DNA of 59,585 nt, the filler included, from Sphacelaria rigidula (taxonomy: Eukaryota): NCBI GenBank assembly GCA_964200075.2. It is 10 parts of 10 records of this genome, joined end to end, with 100 filler letters (N's around TTAATTAATTAA, not from the genome) between each part and the next. Parts side by side here need not be neighbours in the genome. Positions count along the whole stretch, not along the records: positions 47,750 to 53,617 come from CAXNAA020023856.1; positions 53,718 to 59,585 come from CAXNAA020023857.1; 8 more parts are not named here. The stretch is one strand, 5' to 3'. Positions 48,349 to 59,585 of the stretch are shown in pieces. The position numbers and the translations under genes are program-made. A model generated the notes under the pieces. That model was not told the origin of the DNA. It worked only from the letters and a program-made list of their open reading frames with translations, and searched no databases. The first letter of the stretch is position 1, and the number at the start of each line of letters is the position of its first letter.

Positions 48349-48756
48349 GAGCTGGGCCAGCCTAGAGGCGGGTTTGAAGTTTGCAGGACTATGCTCAGCC
48401 CAATATGGAGAGTTGGAGCGTGAAATTTGATATGGGCAATGCATGGGGCATGAAGAAAAACTTTCGTCGATACCAAAATGTCTTTTTTTTCATGAGTTGA
48501 AGGCATTTTACTGATACCTGAAAATTGATTATTGCCCTGAACTCATGAAGAAAAATAAAACCCTTTTGGTACCGACGTAAGTTTTTTCTTCATGCATCAT
48601 GCATTGTCCATACCAAATTTTACGCTCCAACTCTAAATATTGGGCTGAGCATGGGCTTTTTAAGAACCAGAACGGTAGAAATTCGGAAGAAGGCCAATCA
48701 CTGGCTCACGTTTGGTTTTCGTGTATTGAAATTTTGTGTGGGTGCTCTCTAAGACA
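48349..48756 (+). mobile_element. GAGCTGGGCCAGC-ended element, left part with an internal ~265-bp palindrome; right end not seen (possibly interrupted by the copia insertion)
   Basis: GTAC|gagctgggccagcc; atgctcagcccaatat...catgagtt pairs with aactcatg...atattgggctgagcat (about 48390-48655). Confidence 0.7.
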
Positions 48757-49206
48757 TGTTGGAATATTCAATGTCAGTCATTGGTAACGACTAACATCTA
48801 TCGTAGGCTATCATAGACAAGTGAGAAATCATTTGAGTGTTCCAGAAATAGTCTGCGGTATATTCTGCGGTACATTATGTTTCCAGAACAAGTTGTCGGG
48901 GGATGAATCGGGAGTTATCGGTTGTATTTCCCCGCGAGTGTTCGAGACGTGTGGAAGTTCTGGAAGTTCAGTAGCTGATCGGTAGGCTCGCGCACTTGGT
49001 GCTCGCCCACCTGATCACTCCTCTACTACTTCTCTTCTCATACTCTTGTCTTCCACGAGGTAGAGTCTTCGGCCACATAAGCGCCAAGTTCAACATCTCT
49101 ATTCTCAAGTCAAGTGACTTAGCCGTCACTCTCTGCACCTCTGCATCAACTGCAGAAGACAGTTGCCACATCGGCACACCATCAAGAGTGAAGCCATATT
49201 TCTTCA
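48757..49206 (+). repeat. Putative 5' LTR (450 bp)
   Basis: Begins TGTTGGAATA and ends TATTTCTTCA (TG...CA with imperfect terminal inverted repeat), immediately followed by the PBS; the 3' LTR is not in the window. Confidence 0.7.
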
Positions 49207-49217
49207 GGTTATGAGCC
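49207..49217 (+). promoter_or_regulatory. Primer-binding site complementary to the anticodon arm of initiator tRNA-Met
   Basis: GGTTATGAGCC is the reverse complement of GGCUCAUAACC in tRNAiMet and lies directly after the LTR's CA. Confidence 0.8.
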
Positions 49218-49895
49218 TCGAGCTTCATCAATAAGCAGAGCAAGGAGGCACAGCGTCGTCAGCGATCAACACACTCTCAAGAGGATTGGCACCGCTCTTC
49301 CAAGCAGAAGACGGACATCGCACCAACGGGAACTTCAAATCCTTCCCCCTCAATCAAATTCAAGTTCTGCGGAGGTCCATCAAGATCAGGCGCGTCGGCA
49401 TCATCCACGTCGCCAAGACAGCACTACAGCAGTTCAACGGAGTCAGCTCAAGACTACCTCTCCACGCTCATCTCGCTAGTGAGCATCTTCGGTCATCAAC
49501 AAGATCGACAATCGACCGCATCGCATCGGCAACTTCCGAGCAATTCCTCCGCATTTTTGTTGCGTAAGATTGTTTTCGAGAAAAAAGAGATACGTCGTCA
49601 TCAGCAACGATACTCAGCTACGTCGTCTTCAGCTACGACATCATCAGTTCGGCAGGTTCTTCTAGCAACACCAGCCAAGAGGCAAGGACTTCGGATCCAT
49701 CAAACCTATCAACTAGCATTCGCAGCCAACACCCGTAGGTAAGTCACACCTGGGTGCATCACCATCTTCTGTTGAGGGACAGTCAATTCCTCTTGGAAGT
49801 TTTCAACGTCATCGAACGACTGCTGTGCGAGTACACGTCATCTACAGGGACGGCAACAGCGACAGCAACAACAACAGCAACAGGATCACCGGAGC

Positions 49896-50996
49896 ATGGG
49901 GGAGCCATTGACAAATGCTGCTGCGGCGGACGCAGTGGACATGCTCGTCAAGGCTTTTGGCGGCAAGTTCAACGGGACGGACTCCGATGTCTGGTCCCGC
50001 ACAGCACAGTCCGTGATCAGCATGCGACATTCGGGCTTTGCAGACATCCTGGACGGCAGACCATGTCCGCCGTCCATTTACAAGAAGACCAAGAGCAAAG
50101 CTGGAAAGCGCAAGAAACAAGCAACCTCAAGCATCGAAGATGAAGAAGAGGATGAAGACAAGGATGCAGCAGAAGACTCAGCACTGCATCCCGAACAACA
50201 GCAGCAGCTTGCACGAGATGAGCCGACTTCAAGCCGCGAGACTTCTACTTCTGTGATGTGGGAGATGGATGACAACGTCCAGAACGTTGAGGACATCCGG
50301 GAGTGGCACATGGCCAACAAGATCCTGTTCCACTTTCTGTTCTTGAGTACGGCAGGACCGGCAGCAAGCTTTCTCCTAAAGTACAAGCCTAGACCAGGCA
50401 TTTTGCCAAACGGCATCGCCGCTTGGAATGGTCTGGTGGGAAAATACGAGAACCCTTCACGCCAGCGGCGTCGAATTATGGCAAAAAGGCTGACTGACAT
50501 GAGAATGCAGCAAGGTCAAGACCCGGACGTCTTCTGCAACGAGCTATTTTCGTTTCGAGATGAACTGGCGGAGATGGGTCGAGTGATTACGGACGACGAG
50601 ATACTGGACATCATCCTGGATGGGCTGACGGACGAGTACGCCCAGATCCAACTGCTTGCGGAATCGCAAGACACTTTCAATCTTAGAGACGCCATGTTCA
50701 CCATGAGGAACATGACCGCAAACCGTGTCGCAGAAAACGGGCTTTCGCGTGCAGCGAAGGGTCGCACCTCGGCGATGACCGCCACAACGGCAAAATACTG
50801 CAACTACTGCAAAAAGCCTGGTCATGACATCAATAACTGCTGTAAGCGAAACAACAAGAAGATCACGAGAAACAACGGAGGGGGAAGAAGTAACTGGTGG
50901 TGCTCCTTGCACAAAACCAGTCTTCACGACAATTCGACCTGCAAGGCGCAACAACATTGGGGCAACGATCCTGACGATCAGCGGCAGCAAGGGTAG
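49896..50996 (+). CDS. gag: Copia Gag (366 aa, ends at a probably premature TAG)
   Basis: Long ORF with a UBN2-like capsid region, CNYCKKPGHDINNC (CX2CX4HX4C) and WCSLHKTSLHDNSTC. Confidence 0.85.
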   Translation: MGEPLTNAAAADAVDMLVKAFGGKFNGTDSDVWSRTAQSVISMRHSGFADILDGRPCPPSIYKKTKSKAGKRKKQATSSIEDEEEDEDKDAAEDSALHPEQQQQLARDEPTSSRETSTSVMWEMDDNVQNVEDIREWHMANKILFHFLFLSTAGPAASFLLKYKPRPGILPNGIAAWNGLVGKYENPSRQRRRIMAKRLTDMRMQQGQDPDVFCNELFSFRDELAEMGRVITDDEILDIILDGLTDEYAQIQLLAESQDTFNLRDAMFTMRNMTANRVAENGLSRAAKGRTSAMTATTAKYCNYCKKPGHDINNCCKRNNKKITRNNGGGRSNWWCSLHKTSLHDNSTCKAQQHWGNDPDDQRQQG

Positions 50997-51124
50997 CGCG
51001 GCCGAGGACCACGTCAAAATAGCGGATCACGGCAGCAAGGACAATCCCGCTTCAGCGACAGCGGACAAGACGCTTCAGCAACAGCGGACAAGGCCACTTC
51101 AACAGCAACAGTGGACAAGGAGGC

Positions 51125-53617
51125 GTGAACAACAACAGCGGACAAGGTGGTAACAACAACAACACCAACGCGGCAGCACACATAGCAACAGAGACACCGG
51201 GGTCTACTACTGTGGTGGGACACTACAACACAGCCGGATCATCTACTCCAACTTCCGCGACTGCCACCACCCAACAGGCTTCAGATCCATCGCCTTCAGA
51301 CCCTTCACCTCCTGCCGGAATGGGTTACTCCTTCGTCGCCACCAGCAGCTTGAACACCGCCGCTGCTCCTTCGCGCTTCACCATGACTGTCGACACCGGC
51401 GCCAGCAACCACTTCGTCGACCCTGACTTGCTTCCAAATTTTCAGCACCGGATGATCGAGTATTAGAAGTACGACCCGCCGATCGTCATCAACGTCGCCG
51501 GCAAGGGAAAACTCCACGCACCGGCAGAGGAAAAATGAAGGTCGTCACACGGGACCAAACCGGGGCCGAGCACAAGGTCCTGCTGCCCTTCACCATTGCA
51601 CCAGGGCTGGGTCGTCACCTGTTCTCGGGAGGAACAGCAGTGCAAAGAGGGATGTCATGGGTTTTTGATGATTTATCTTTCATCAGAATGGGAAACTTCA
51701 AGCTGCCCCTCCAACAGGACAGCTCCTGCACCACCATGTACTACTTCGATCTGGCTATCGCACCGGACAGCATCTGCACTCAACACGGTTTTATAACCGT
51801 CTCCGGCGCCAATCTGCCGCCTGAAAGAGCGAATATAGCATCCAGTGCCTCTTTGATCCAGGACACGGAAAAGGAAACACAGCATGTGCTACCCCAACGG
51901 CTACATCGATGGCCAACACGTGGCATCAGCGACTCGGACACCCCAATGCCCAAGTGCTACCACAAGTCGGGCGGATAAAAGAGAGCGGGGTCGCGTTTTC
52001 GGCTCCTTTTCAGCGTGCGGAGCGTGCAAGATAAACAGAAGCACACAGCGGAATCATCCCAAGACCAGGAGCACAGGCGCCACGCAACGGCTTCAACTCG
52101 TCAGTCAGCACGGACCTTCTAGGGCCCGTCACTCCAACTTCGATCGGTGGCTACCAGTACATGGCCAAGTTCACCGATCATTACTCCAGGCTGAAGGCCG
52201 TCTACTTCCTCGAAAGGAAAAGTGACGCCCTTTCTTCTCTGGTACGGTTTGTTCAAGACCTCGCCATTCCACTCGGTCTACGGGTACGACGTCTACATTC
52301 GGACAACGGCGGGGAATATGACAGCACTGCATTCCGGGACTACTGCAAAACTACGGGGATCATACAGCCGTTCAGCTCCCCGCACACGCCGCAAGAAAAC
52401 GGCATATCGGAGCGCGACGGGTGGACCATCATGGACATGACCCGCTGCCTCCTGAACGAAGCGGGTCTGCCTAAGCACCTATGGGGGGAGATTGCGGCAA
52501 CTGCGGTATTCCTAATAAACCGCCTACCGCACAAGGCTCTACAAGGGGACACGCCCTACCAACGCATGTTCGACAAGCAGGCAAACCTTTCCTTTCTTCG
52601 GATCATCGGCTCCAGGGCCTTCGTCCACGTCGAAGGTAATACCACCAAGCTGCAGCCAAAAGCGTGGGAAGGTGTTTTGGTTGGCGACAACAACGACAGC
52701 CCAACCTTTCGTATCTACGATCGGGCTACGGGACGCATTACAACCTCCCGGAATGTCACCTTCATCGAGCCGGGTCCGGAACCCCTGAGCTGTACCAATC
52801 TTCCGGATAGTGAAGAAGAAGAATCATCGGTCGACACGGCGGATCTGGAGCAAATCCACGACGGAATTACATTCCTGGATTCCAACAAAGACAACGGTGA
52901 AGGTCCCGATATCAACAACCGACAGGAACAGCGCTTCAAGGAACCACTGGGTTTTACACGACGACTGCGTTCATCCGGATCCGTTGATCCTTTCCAAACA
53001 GAGATGAATAATTCATCACAGGCTCGGGCGCTACGTCAGCTCAACTTCGCGCAGGAGGATTCATCTCAAGCGATGCTAGTCTCAGTGAGCTCGTACATCG
53101 GAGCAGTGGGCATCGATCAAGTTCTTCCTCCTGCAGCAATCCAAGTGTCCAACACCTACAAGCAGGCCATGGACTCACCCCAGGCAGCGGAATGGAAAAC
53201 GTCCATGGACAAAGAAATGGACAGCCTGGCCGACCATGAGGTGGCGGATCTCGTGCCGCTCGACTCCATACCCGCCGGTTTCTCCATCATCGGCACGCGC
53301 TGGGTTTATCGGATCAAAACGGATGGGCGATTCAAGGCAACAGTCGACGTTCAGGGCTGGGAGCAACAGCACGGCATATACTGTTTCACCACGTTTGCAC
53401 CGGTGTGCAGGATTGGAAGCCGAAGGCTTCTATTGGCGATAGCGGCTGCCCAAAACCGGCCGGGCATCGCCGTGGACGTGCAGACAGCGTTCCTAAACGG
53501 TACCCTCTCCGAAGTGGTGTACACTTTTCAGGCGCCAGGATTCGAAACGTTCGACAGCACCACTGGCAAGCAGCTGGTTTGGCGTCTGCGCAAGAGCTTG
53601 TACGGGCTGCGTCAATC
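51125..53617 (+). pseudogene. pol: Copia pol (PR-IN-RT) with stops and frameshifts; longest intact piece 52161-53617
   Basis: Protease ORF stops at 51464-51466; frameshifts separate PR, the HHCC region and the integrase core; RT motifs are eroded (FKATVDVQGW). Confidence 0.85.
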
Positions 53618-55714
53618 NNNNNNNNNNNNNNNNNNNNNNNNNNNNNNNNNNNNNNNNNNNNTTAATTAATTAANNNNNNNNNNNNNNNNNNNNNNNNNNN
53701 NNNNNNNNNNNNNNNNNTACGCTGCGGAAGCAACTGATCTCACGATCAGGGTGCAACCTCTGCACACTACTGTTCGCTGAACAGTAGTTGGCCTGTAGTG
53801 CACAGTGCCTACGACCACGAATTATTCCAACAGTTTCAACCACGTTTGGTGTGCCCCCCAAAGTTCACCGCGGCAAAACGCCCCCTACATTTGCCACCAC
53901 AGCGAAGAAATCACTCTCCACTAAACCCACTCACCCAACGCTAGTTCCTAAGGCTACTCGTTCCGACGGTCTTGATCTTTCTGGTGTAGAAACTTCGGCA
54001 GCTGTTCCACTCTACGATTTTGTCCACGACCCTGACACCCTCCTTACCTACGCGTGTCAGGCACAGCGCCTCACTGTTCCCGTCACTGACAGTTCGATCA
54101 AGATACTCAATTGGTTTCCGGAACGCACCGAGACCGTAACGTTAGCAGGCGTCGTTCGATGCATACGTTCCAACCCTCGTTCCGACATTTAGCCTCGCGC
54201 TACGGCATGAGTGCGTCGGGCCCCTCATCGGCCTATTCACAGAAATTGAGCAGGTACGAATGACAGTACACGGCCCTGCTGATGGACGGATCGTTCATAC
54301 CCTACTACCACTAGTCACCTTCAGACAGGCCACGTAGGGCACAATTCAACGGACAGTGGCGGCAGTCGGACTGTTCAAGGGAAAGGGGAAAACCGTCTCA
54401 ATGATAGTGGTAAATCTCACATTTCGCAGCAGTCACGATCTCGCCGTCACCGTCGCCCTTCATTCGATAGTGAGTCGGACAGCACTGACGGGTCTCAGAA
54501 TGACACGAGTGCGGCCCCTTCACGTTTGGCGCCCCCTACTTTGAGTGATTTCCTTCCCCTATCATCCACTGTCGCCAAACAGCGTCACTCTCAGATCAAA
54601 GTCAAGCAAGAGAAGGAAGACACTAAACCTGCTACCCGCCGCGTACAGTTTTCCCCTTCGGCTCCCACTCCTCAATCCGGTGACCCTTCCCCCTCTTCGA
54701 CGGACCGACAGGCACACATTCAGGCTGTACGCCATCTGTACAAGAACTTGGACCCGAAATTTGTAGGCAAAGTCAAGCCTTCACTACCCTTCCCTGCGGG
54801 ATCTGATGTCAGCCTTTCACAAGAGTGTAGGTGAAACAAGGGAGGAAATAATAGAGGGCACGGTTAGTATGCGTTGAAAGTCTTGAAGTCCGTGAAAATA
54901 TGGCTCGGTTTATACCACGTGACGCAGATCGAAATGCCGTGTGCCGGGCGGTAAATTCGGCGTTTCGGCCTTGCGCACCAGATAGATGAAACGATTACAA
55001 GCGGAATCCTGCTCAAGCATGATGAGTACAAGCAGCGCAACAGATAAGGCCCTGCAGATAGCCTACATCCCGCACGGTCAAAAGAAAAACATCACGATCG
55101 CCAAACACAAAGCAAAATTACGAAAACATGAAATGAAAAATCGTGCAGCTCTACAGAGCAAGACGACCGTGGCGCAAAATTATAAAACACGCAATACAAT
55201 CGGGTGGCTCAAAAGAAAGTTATGGTAGACACGACAACCGGAGATGCAGCAAACATTGGAATGCATGATGAAAGAAAATCAATCAAGACCGAAAAAATTG
55301 GAAGCTTTACCGCACGTGCATTTCACAAGTCCCCATGGCCACAATAAAGATGCAAAATACATACTGATCATGGTGGGTTGATTGTCCCAATTTAATATGC
55401 AACAAAAACACCGAAATAATATGAAGAATGCCTGAAACACGATCATTGCTGGTTAGGTACAGCGGTGATATTATGGGTGAACAGGTGTAGGTCAGGCGAA
55501 GGTGATACAATGCAGGCGACAATGACAAAATAAAAACGGTGCGATCAGATCGAAGCAAGGTTCAAAAAGAACATGAGGGCGGGAAATACGCGTGCACATG
55601 ACAACATGCGATGCGATAGCAAGCGAGAAACGTACAGCCGACAGTAGGCGGTAAAGGCAAAAACAACACAACAAGCGGGACATCAACAGCAAACCAGGGT
55701 AGCAGAAAGCACGG

Positions 55715-55830
55715 TGAAAACAGCAGCAGCAGCAGCAGCAACAATAGACAACCACAACAACAACAGCAACAGTAATAATAGACAACACCGACAACAGTCA
55801 ACAAGCAACAGACAACAAACAACAGACAAC

Positions 55831-55919
<89 letters not shown>

Positions 55920-56190
55920 CACGGCAGCCACAACAACAACACGCGGCAGCCACAACCAACAAAACACAGCAGCGGCAACAACCAACAACACACAGCAGCG
56001 GCAACAACAACACACAGCAGCAGCAACAACAACACACGGCAGCCACAACCAACAACACACAGCAGCGGCGCGGCAGCGGCGAAAATCAGCACAGCCGTGC
56101 GCCGAGCAGCAGCAACACACAGCGGCGGCACGGCAGCGACAAACAACAGCACATAACAACAGCGAAAACTACAACAACAGACAACAACAA
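55715..56190. repeat. (CAA)n microsatellite (pure run ~55832-55918) in a CAA/CAG-rich low-complexity tract
   Basis: Direct inspection; gives poly-Q/V/C/L ORFs in several frames. Confidence 0.95.
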
Positions 56191-59100
56191 CGCCGCTGCA
56201 CAGTTTCCGCAGCTGTCTGGAGCCTGATGTCCCGAAACGCCCCGAAGTAATTGTAGGCCCTCTGGTTCGTTGAACTTGTGCAATTCTCGTTCGACCGTAT
56301 TGGCTTTCATTAAAATATATCGGCTAGGTCATTTTGCTTTTACTTTGGACGTCAGCAGTGTCTGTTGAGCTCGTTCAAGATGAGAGATTGTAGCACGTGC
56401 TGATGAACCATCTTGGATGAGCTCGTGCATAAAGCCGTTGGTGGCGCTCTGCTTGGTTATGATTTTAAGATAGTGCAACGCGGGCGAGAAACGGAGCAAC
56501 GCGGGGGTACGGAGCATAGGGCACCCACGGGGAAAAACAAACTACATAGCCCACGCTCAACTATTTATGCTCAACGTGCGTATGGTAGGTAGACAGAACA
56601 AAAGAGTGCGAAGAGCCGAAGCAGCATACCGTCATAGAGTACACTGCACATGCTCTCCCACCACATCAGAGACATCGAGTCTTGAACTTCAAAAGCACTG
56701 TATACTACATGCTAAATGATGTTGCAGGTAAGATACGCTGCGGAAACTACAAATTGTGAAAGGCACACTATTTACTCTATATAAAAGAAGTAACATTTTA
56801 CCTGATCCGATCCACACGCCAGAAAAACCTCCTCTCCGAAAGTTTGTGTTCGGAGCATGCCTGTGTTGACTCTACACAAGCACGGGGTGGACACCATGTC
56901 ACAGTTCGATACTCACCGCCTAGCTGGGAATGGTGCCAGTTCAATGGGCACCTGGGCTAGCGGGCTCAAACACAATCATGAATATCGAATCCATTGAGCT
57001 CGACGTTACCGAGTGCAGAGCCAGTCATGTTCGCAGCGTCGGGCTGCATACCCGATGGGCTGCTCGGACGCCAGAACACCAAATCTTGCATGAAAAACAG
57101 GCTTACATTTCGAAGAGACCAGAGATCCCTCTGACACCGCAGTCCGTGATGGCGTAGATACTCTTGTATTTTTGGCGTACAGACTAACTTGTGCTTTGCT
57201 AGTTGAGATGCATAGTCCAAAACGCTGTAACATATGGGGGCAGCCAGCTCAATCCAACCACACACTGTAGTATGACCCATCAGGTACCAAGCATGATGGA
57301 GTACGAAACATGGAACCTAGTCGACTGGAAAATGACCACTAAATCTGTAACAATAATACACACCGGTAAATTAGAGAGAAATAACAACGAACAAAAAATG
57401 CAGTCACAGCCCATTGTATTCACTCTATGTGTACAGTATACTGCCACGTATGCTGTACATCCCACGGACATTAATACGGTTGTACTCTGTACTGCAGCCA
57501 CTGCAGCCAATCAAGCTTGAAGCTCTACATTGCGCACGTTCGGCCTCAATGTTCTCCCGGAGTTACTAGTACGCACTGCCGTTCTTCCTACTCCTGCTCC
57601 TGAATCTGCAGAGTGATTGTTCTACCCTCCATTTTCAGGTGTACCATCGGCCTGCGTTTCCTGGTTCCGCTCTAGCAAAGCCCAAGCACCCAACGTCGCG
57701 CTGGGGTCTGTGATGTATCTGTCTGGCGGGAGCCTCATGCTCCGTGTACTTTGGTCTTCCTCTAGCTGCACACGGTAGTCGTATACATGACTAGTCCGCT
57801 CCTGGGACTTACGCGTGATGTACTCATCAAACCACCTCATGCTCAGTCTCAGTACCGCAGGTAGGTGCATACCAGCAGACGTATTATCCAACTAATCGCT
57901 CAACCAGCGAGCACATTCTTGTGCGCCGACAGTAGTCAGTCATCTTCCGATCATGTACACTGAGGTGTATTAATGATTGTTCAATTCCGGTACTGCTGAT
58001 GGGTCTGGGACCAGTTTCCTATTTCCCGAGGTTGCAGTGTCGATGACAGATTTCTTATCCGCTGAGCCTCTTGCATCTTTCAATTTCCCTTCTTATTTTC
58101 GCTCCGATCTGAGCAAAATTTCTTAGCATCAATTTCTCGAAATCTGACATTTTTGAGCCTCGATTTCTTGACTGGTTATTTCTTAAGTGCTGTCGCCACC
58201 TGTATACGCTTTGGGGGCAAGGAAGACGGGCAACCCCAAAAAATGGTTTTTAAGGAGGTCGGGGGGCATGAGGTCGTTCATATGAACTTTATTGATCATG
58301 ACTTTAGGTCAAGGAAAGCACTGTTCTCGAATTGAACCTCACCCAAATGTTGAACCTCAAAGATGGATCCAGGCTGTTATTCGTAGTTTGCAGGCCCTTT
58401 GACCGGCCAATATTTAGAATCGGATCCTGAAATTTGGTATGGACAATGTGTAGGGCACAAAAAGACAATTTTGAGTGTATCAAGACATTTTTTCAATCTT
58501 TTGGCACACTCGTGATTGCATCTTTTATGCCCTATATTATTGCATTGCCATAATGATGGTGTAGCTAATGCACTGGCTGGAGTCTCTCAGTATGAGTGCC
58601 AGGGGATACCATGGTGCCAACCCACCAAGCTCCCACGTGGGCAACATCACACAGACCTAGCTATTCATCAAAGCACAATGCTTGGAGGTTCATTCATGTA
58701 TACTGCTGATCGGAAACTCACGTGTTTCATAGCGTCATGTTATATCTACAAGTAGCTCTCTTACTCAGTACAGCCGCGGCGCAGCCATAGGAGCAGAGCG
58801 TAGTGATGGTCCAGAGTAGACCATGGCAAGCCGGTAACTAGTCGAGGTGGGCCAACGCCATGTGGCGACGCCGGAACAATCGTAACTAATGACAATAACA
58901 AACGCGATGACAACGCGTCACAGAACTCAGGGTCTACGAACAGACCCGCACATCGTGATATCTTGCTATGCCACCAAGCTTCATCACACTAGCCCATCCT
59001 AGACGTGTCCTTTCGCAGTTAAATCATCATCACCTCGACACAAAGTAATTGCGCCGAGGAACTTCAAAATTCAACGAAAAAGGGCTCTTCTACACTACGC

Positions 59101-59585
59101 CCGTACCAAAGAATGAAGCGAACAAAAAATAAATAGATACTCTCCCACACCTCTCATAGGCGAGCATCGCTGCCATCCGACACGTCATCAAACGCTCAAC
59201 CCACAAAAAGGGAAACGTTGTACTTAGGTGGCACTCACGCACTTATGTTGAACACGACAACACACACGAAAGTCCGTACACAAAATAAAGCACTAAATGG
59301 TACGCACGCGTAGACTTCATCTACCAACGGAACAAGGATGGAATGCCAGACAATCCGGGAAAGAGGGGAGGGAAAGCGCAGTTGCGGCACAGCATCGCGG
59401 GAATTGCTCTGGTCGGACGCAGATCCAAGTGAGCTCCACGTCTTTGTCCGACTCCGTCCCGACACATCAGTCGCGTAGAGCGAGAGTGGTACCCCGCTCG
59501 TTTCCTTGGCAGGACTTTTGAAGTATCAAACCTGCCTTGAAAAAGGCGTGCAGCGTGAAGTATAATGCGATGGGGGGGGGGGGGG

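Larger units (their letters stand above)
48757..53617 (+). mobile_element. Ty1/copia LTR retrotransposon, inactivated, truncated by contig end
   Basis: 5' LTR, PBS, gag with zinc knuckle, protease (VDTGASNH), WHQRLGH/CGAC, integrase (DHYSR, HSDNGGEY, ENGISER), then RT (TFAPV, DVQTAFLNG, LRKSLYGLRQ). The IN-before-RT order identifies it as copia. Confidence 0.95.

Noticed and set aside
5870..53717. Regularly spaced TTAATTAATTAA motif every ~5969 bp, and any gene neighbourhood across it
   Set aside because: Artificial linker between size-sorted contigs; the periodicity and cross-contig gene order have no biological meaning.
55562..56250. Poly-Q, poly-V, poly-C and poly-L ORFs
   Set aside because: By-products of a (CAA)n microsatellite that is stop-free in several frames.

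Overview
This is not one locus. It is ten unrelated ~5.87-kb contigs (1-5869, 5970-11838, 11939-17807, 17908-23776, 23877-29745, 29846-35713, 35814-41681, 41782-47649, 47750-53617, 53718-59585) joined by artificial 100-nt spacers (44 N + TTAATTAATTAA + 44 N). The DNA is an intron-rich, repeat-rich eukaryotic nuclear genome. I infer a brown alga or other stramenopile from the short exons, kb-scale introns, a bipartite plastid presequence and a flagellar assembly factor. Most ORFs in the six-frame track are spurious. Real genes appear as spliced, phase-compatible exons: RNA pol I/III AC19 (RPC19), a TKL/Raf-like kinase, a SET-domain protein N-terminus, NHP2, a DCN1-like protein, a DNAAF9/Shulin-like C-terminus, a multi-SIM Cys/His protein and a plastid-targeted protein. 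The rest is a transposon landscape: a decayed Ty1/copia element with a half-tRNAiMet primer site, decayed DIRS-like, Gypsy and LINE remnants, two tRNA-derived SINE families, several non-autonomous DNA transposon families, and large foldback palindromes. I found no clear novel protein-coding system. The most unusual signals are (i) a CCACAC-ended MITE group with 6-bp target duplications, two members of which sit in tandem at one target site, (ii) a GAG-ended Sola-like family that appears to target GTAC, (iii) a TIR element nested in a SINE promoter head, (iv) clustered long hairpins, and (v) a degenerate hammerhead-like motif. All family assignments are from motif recognition by eye; no database search was run.
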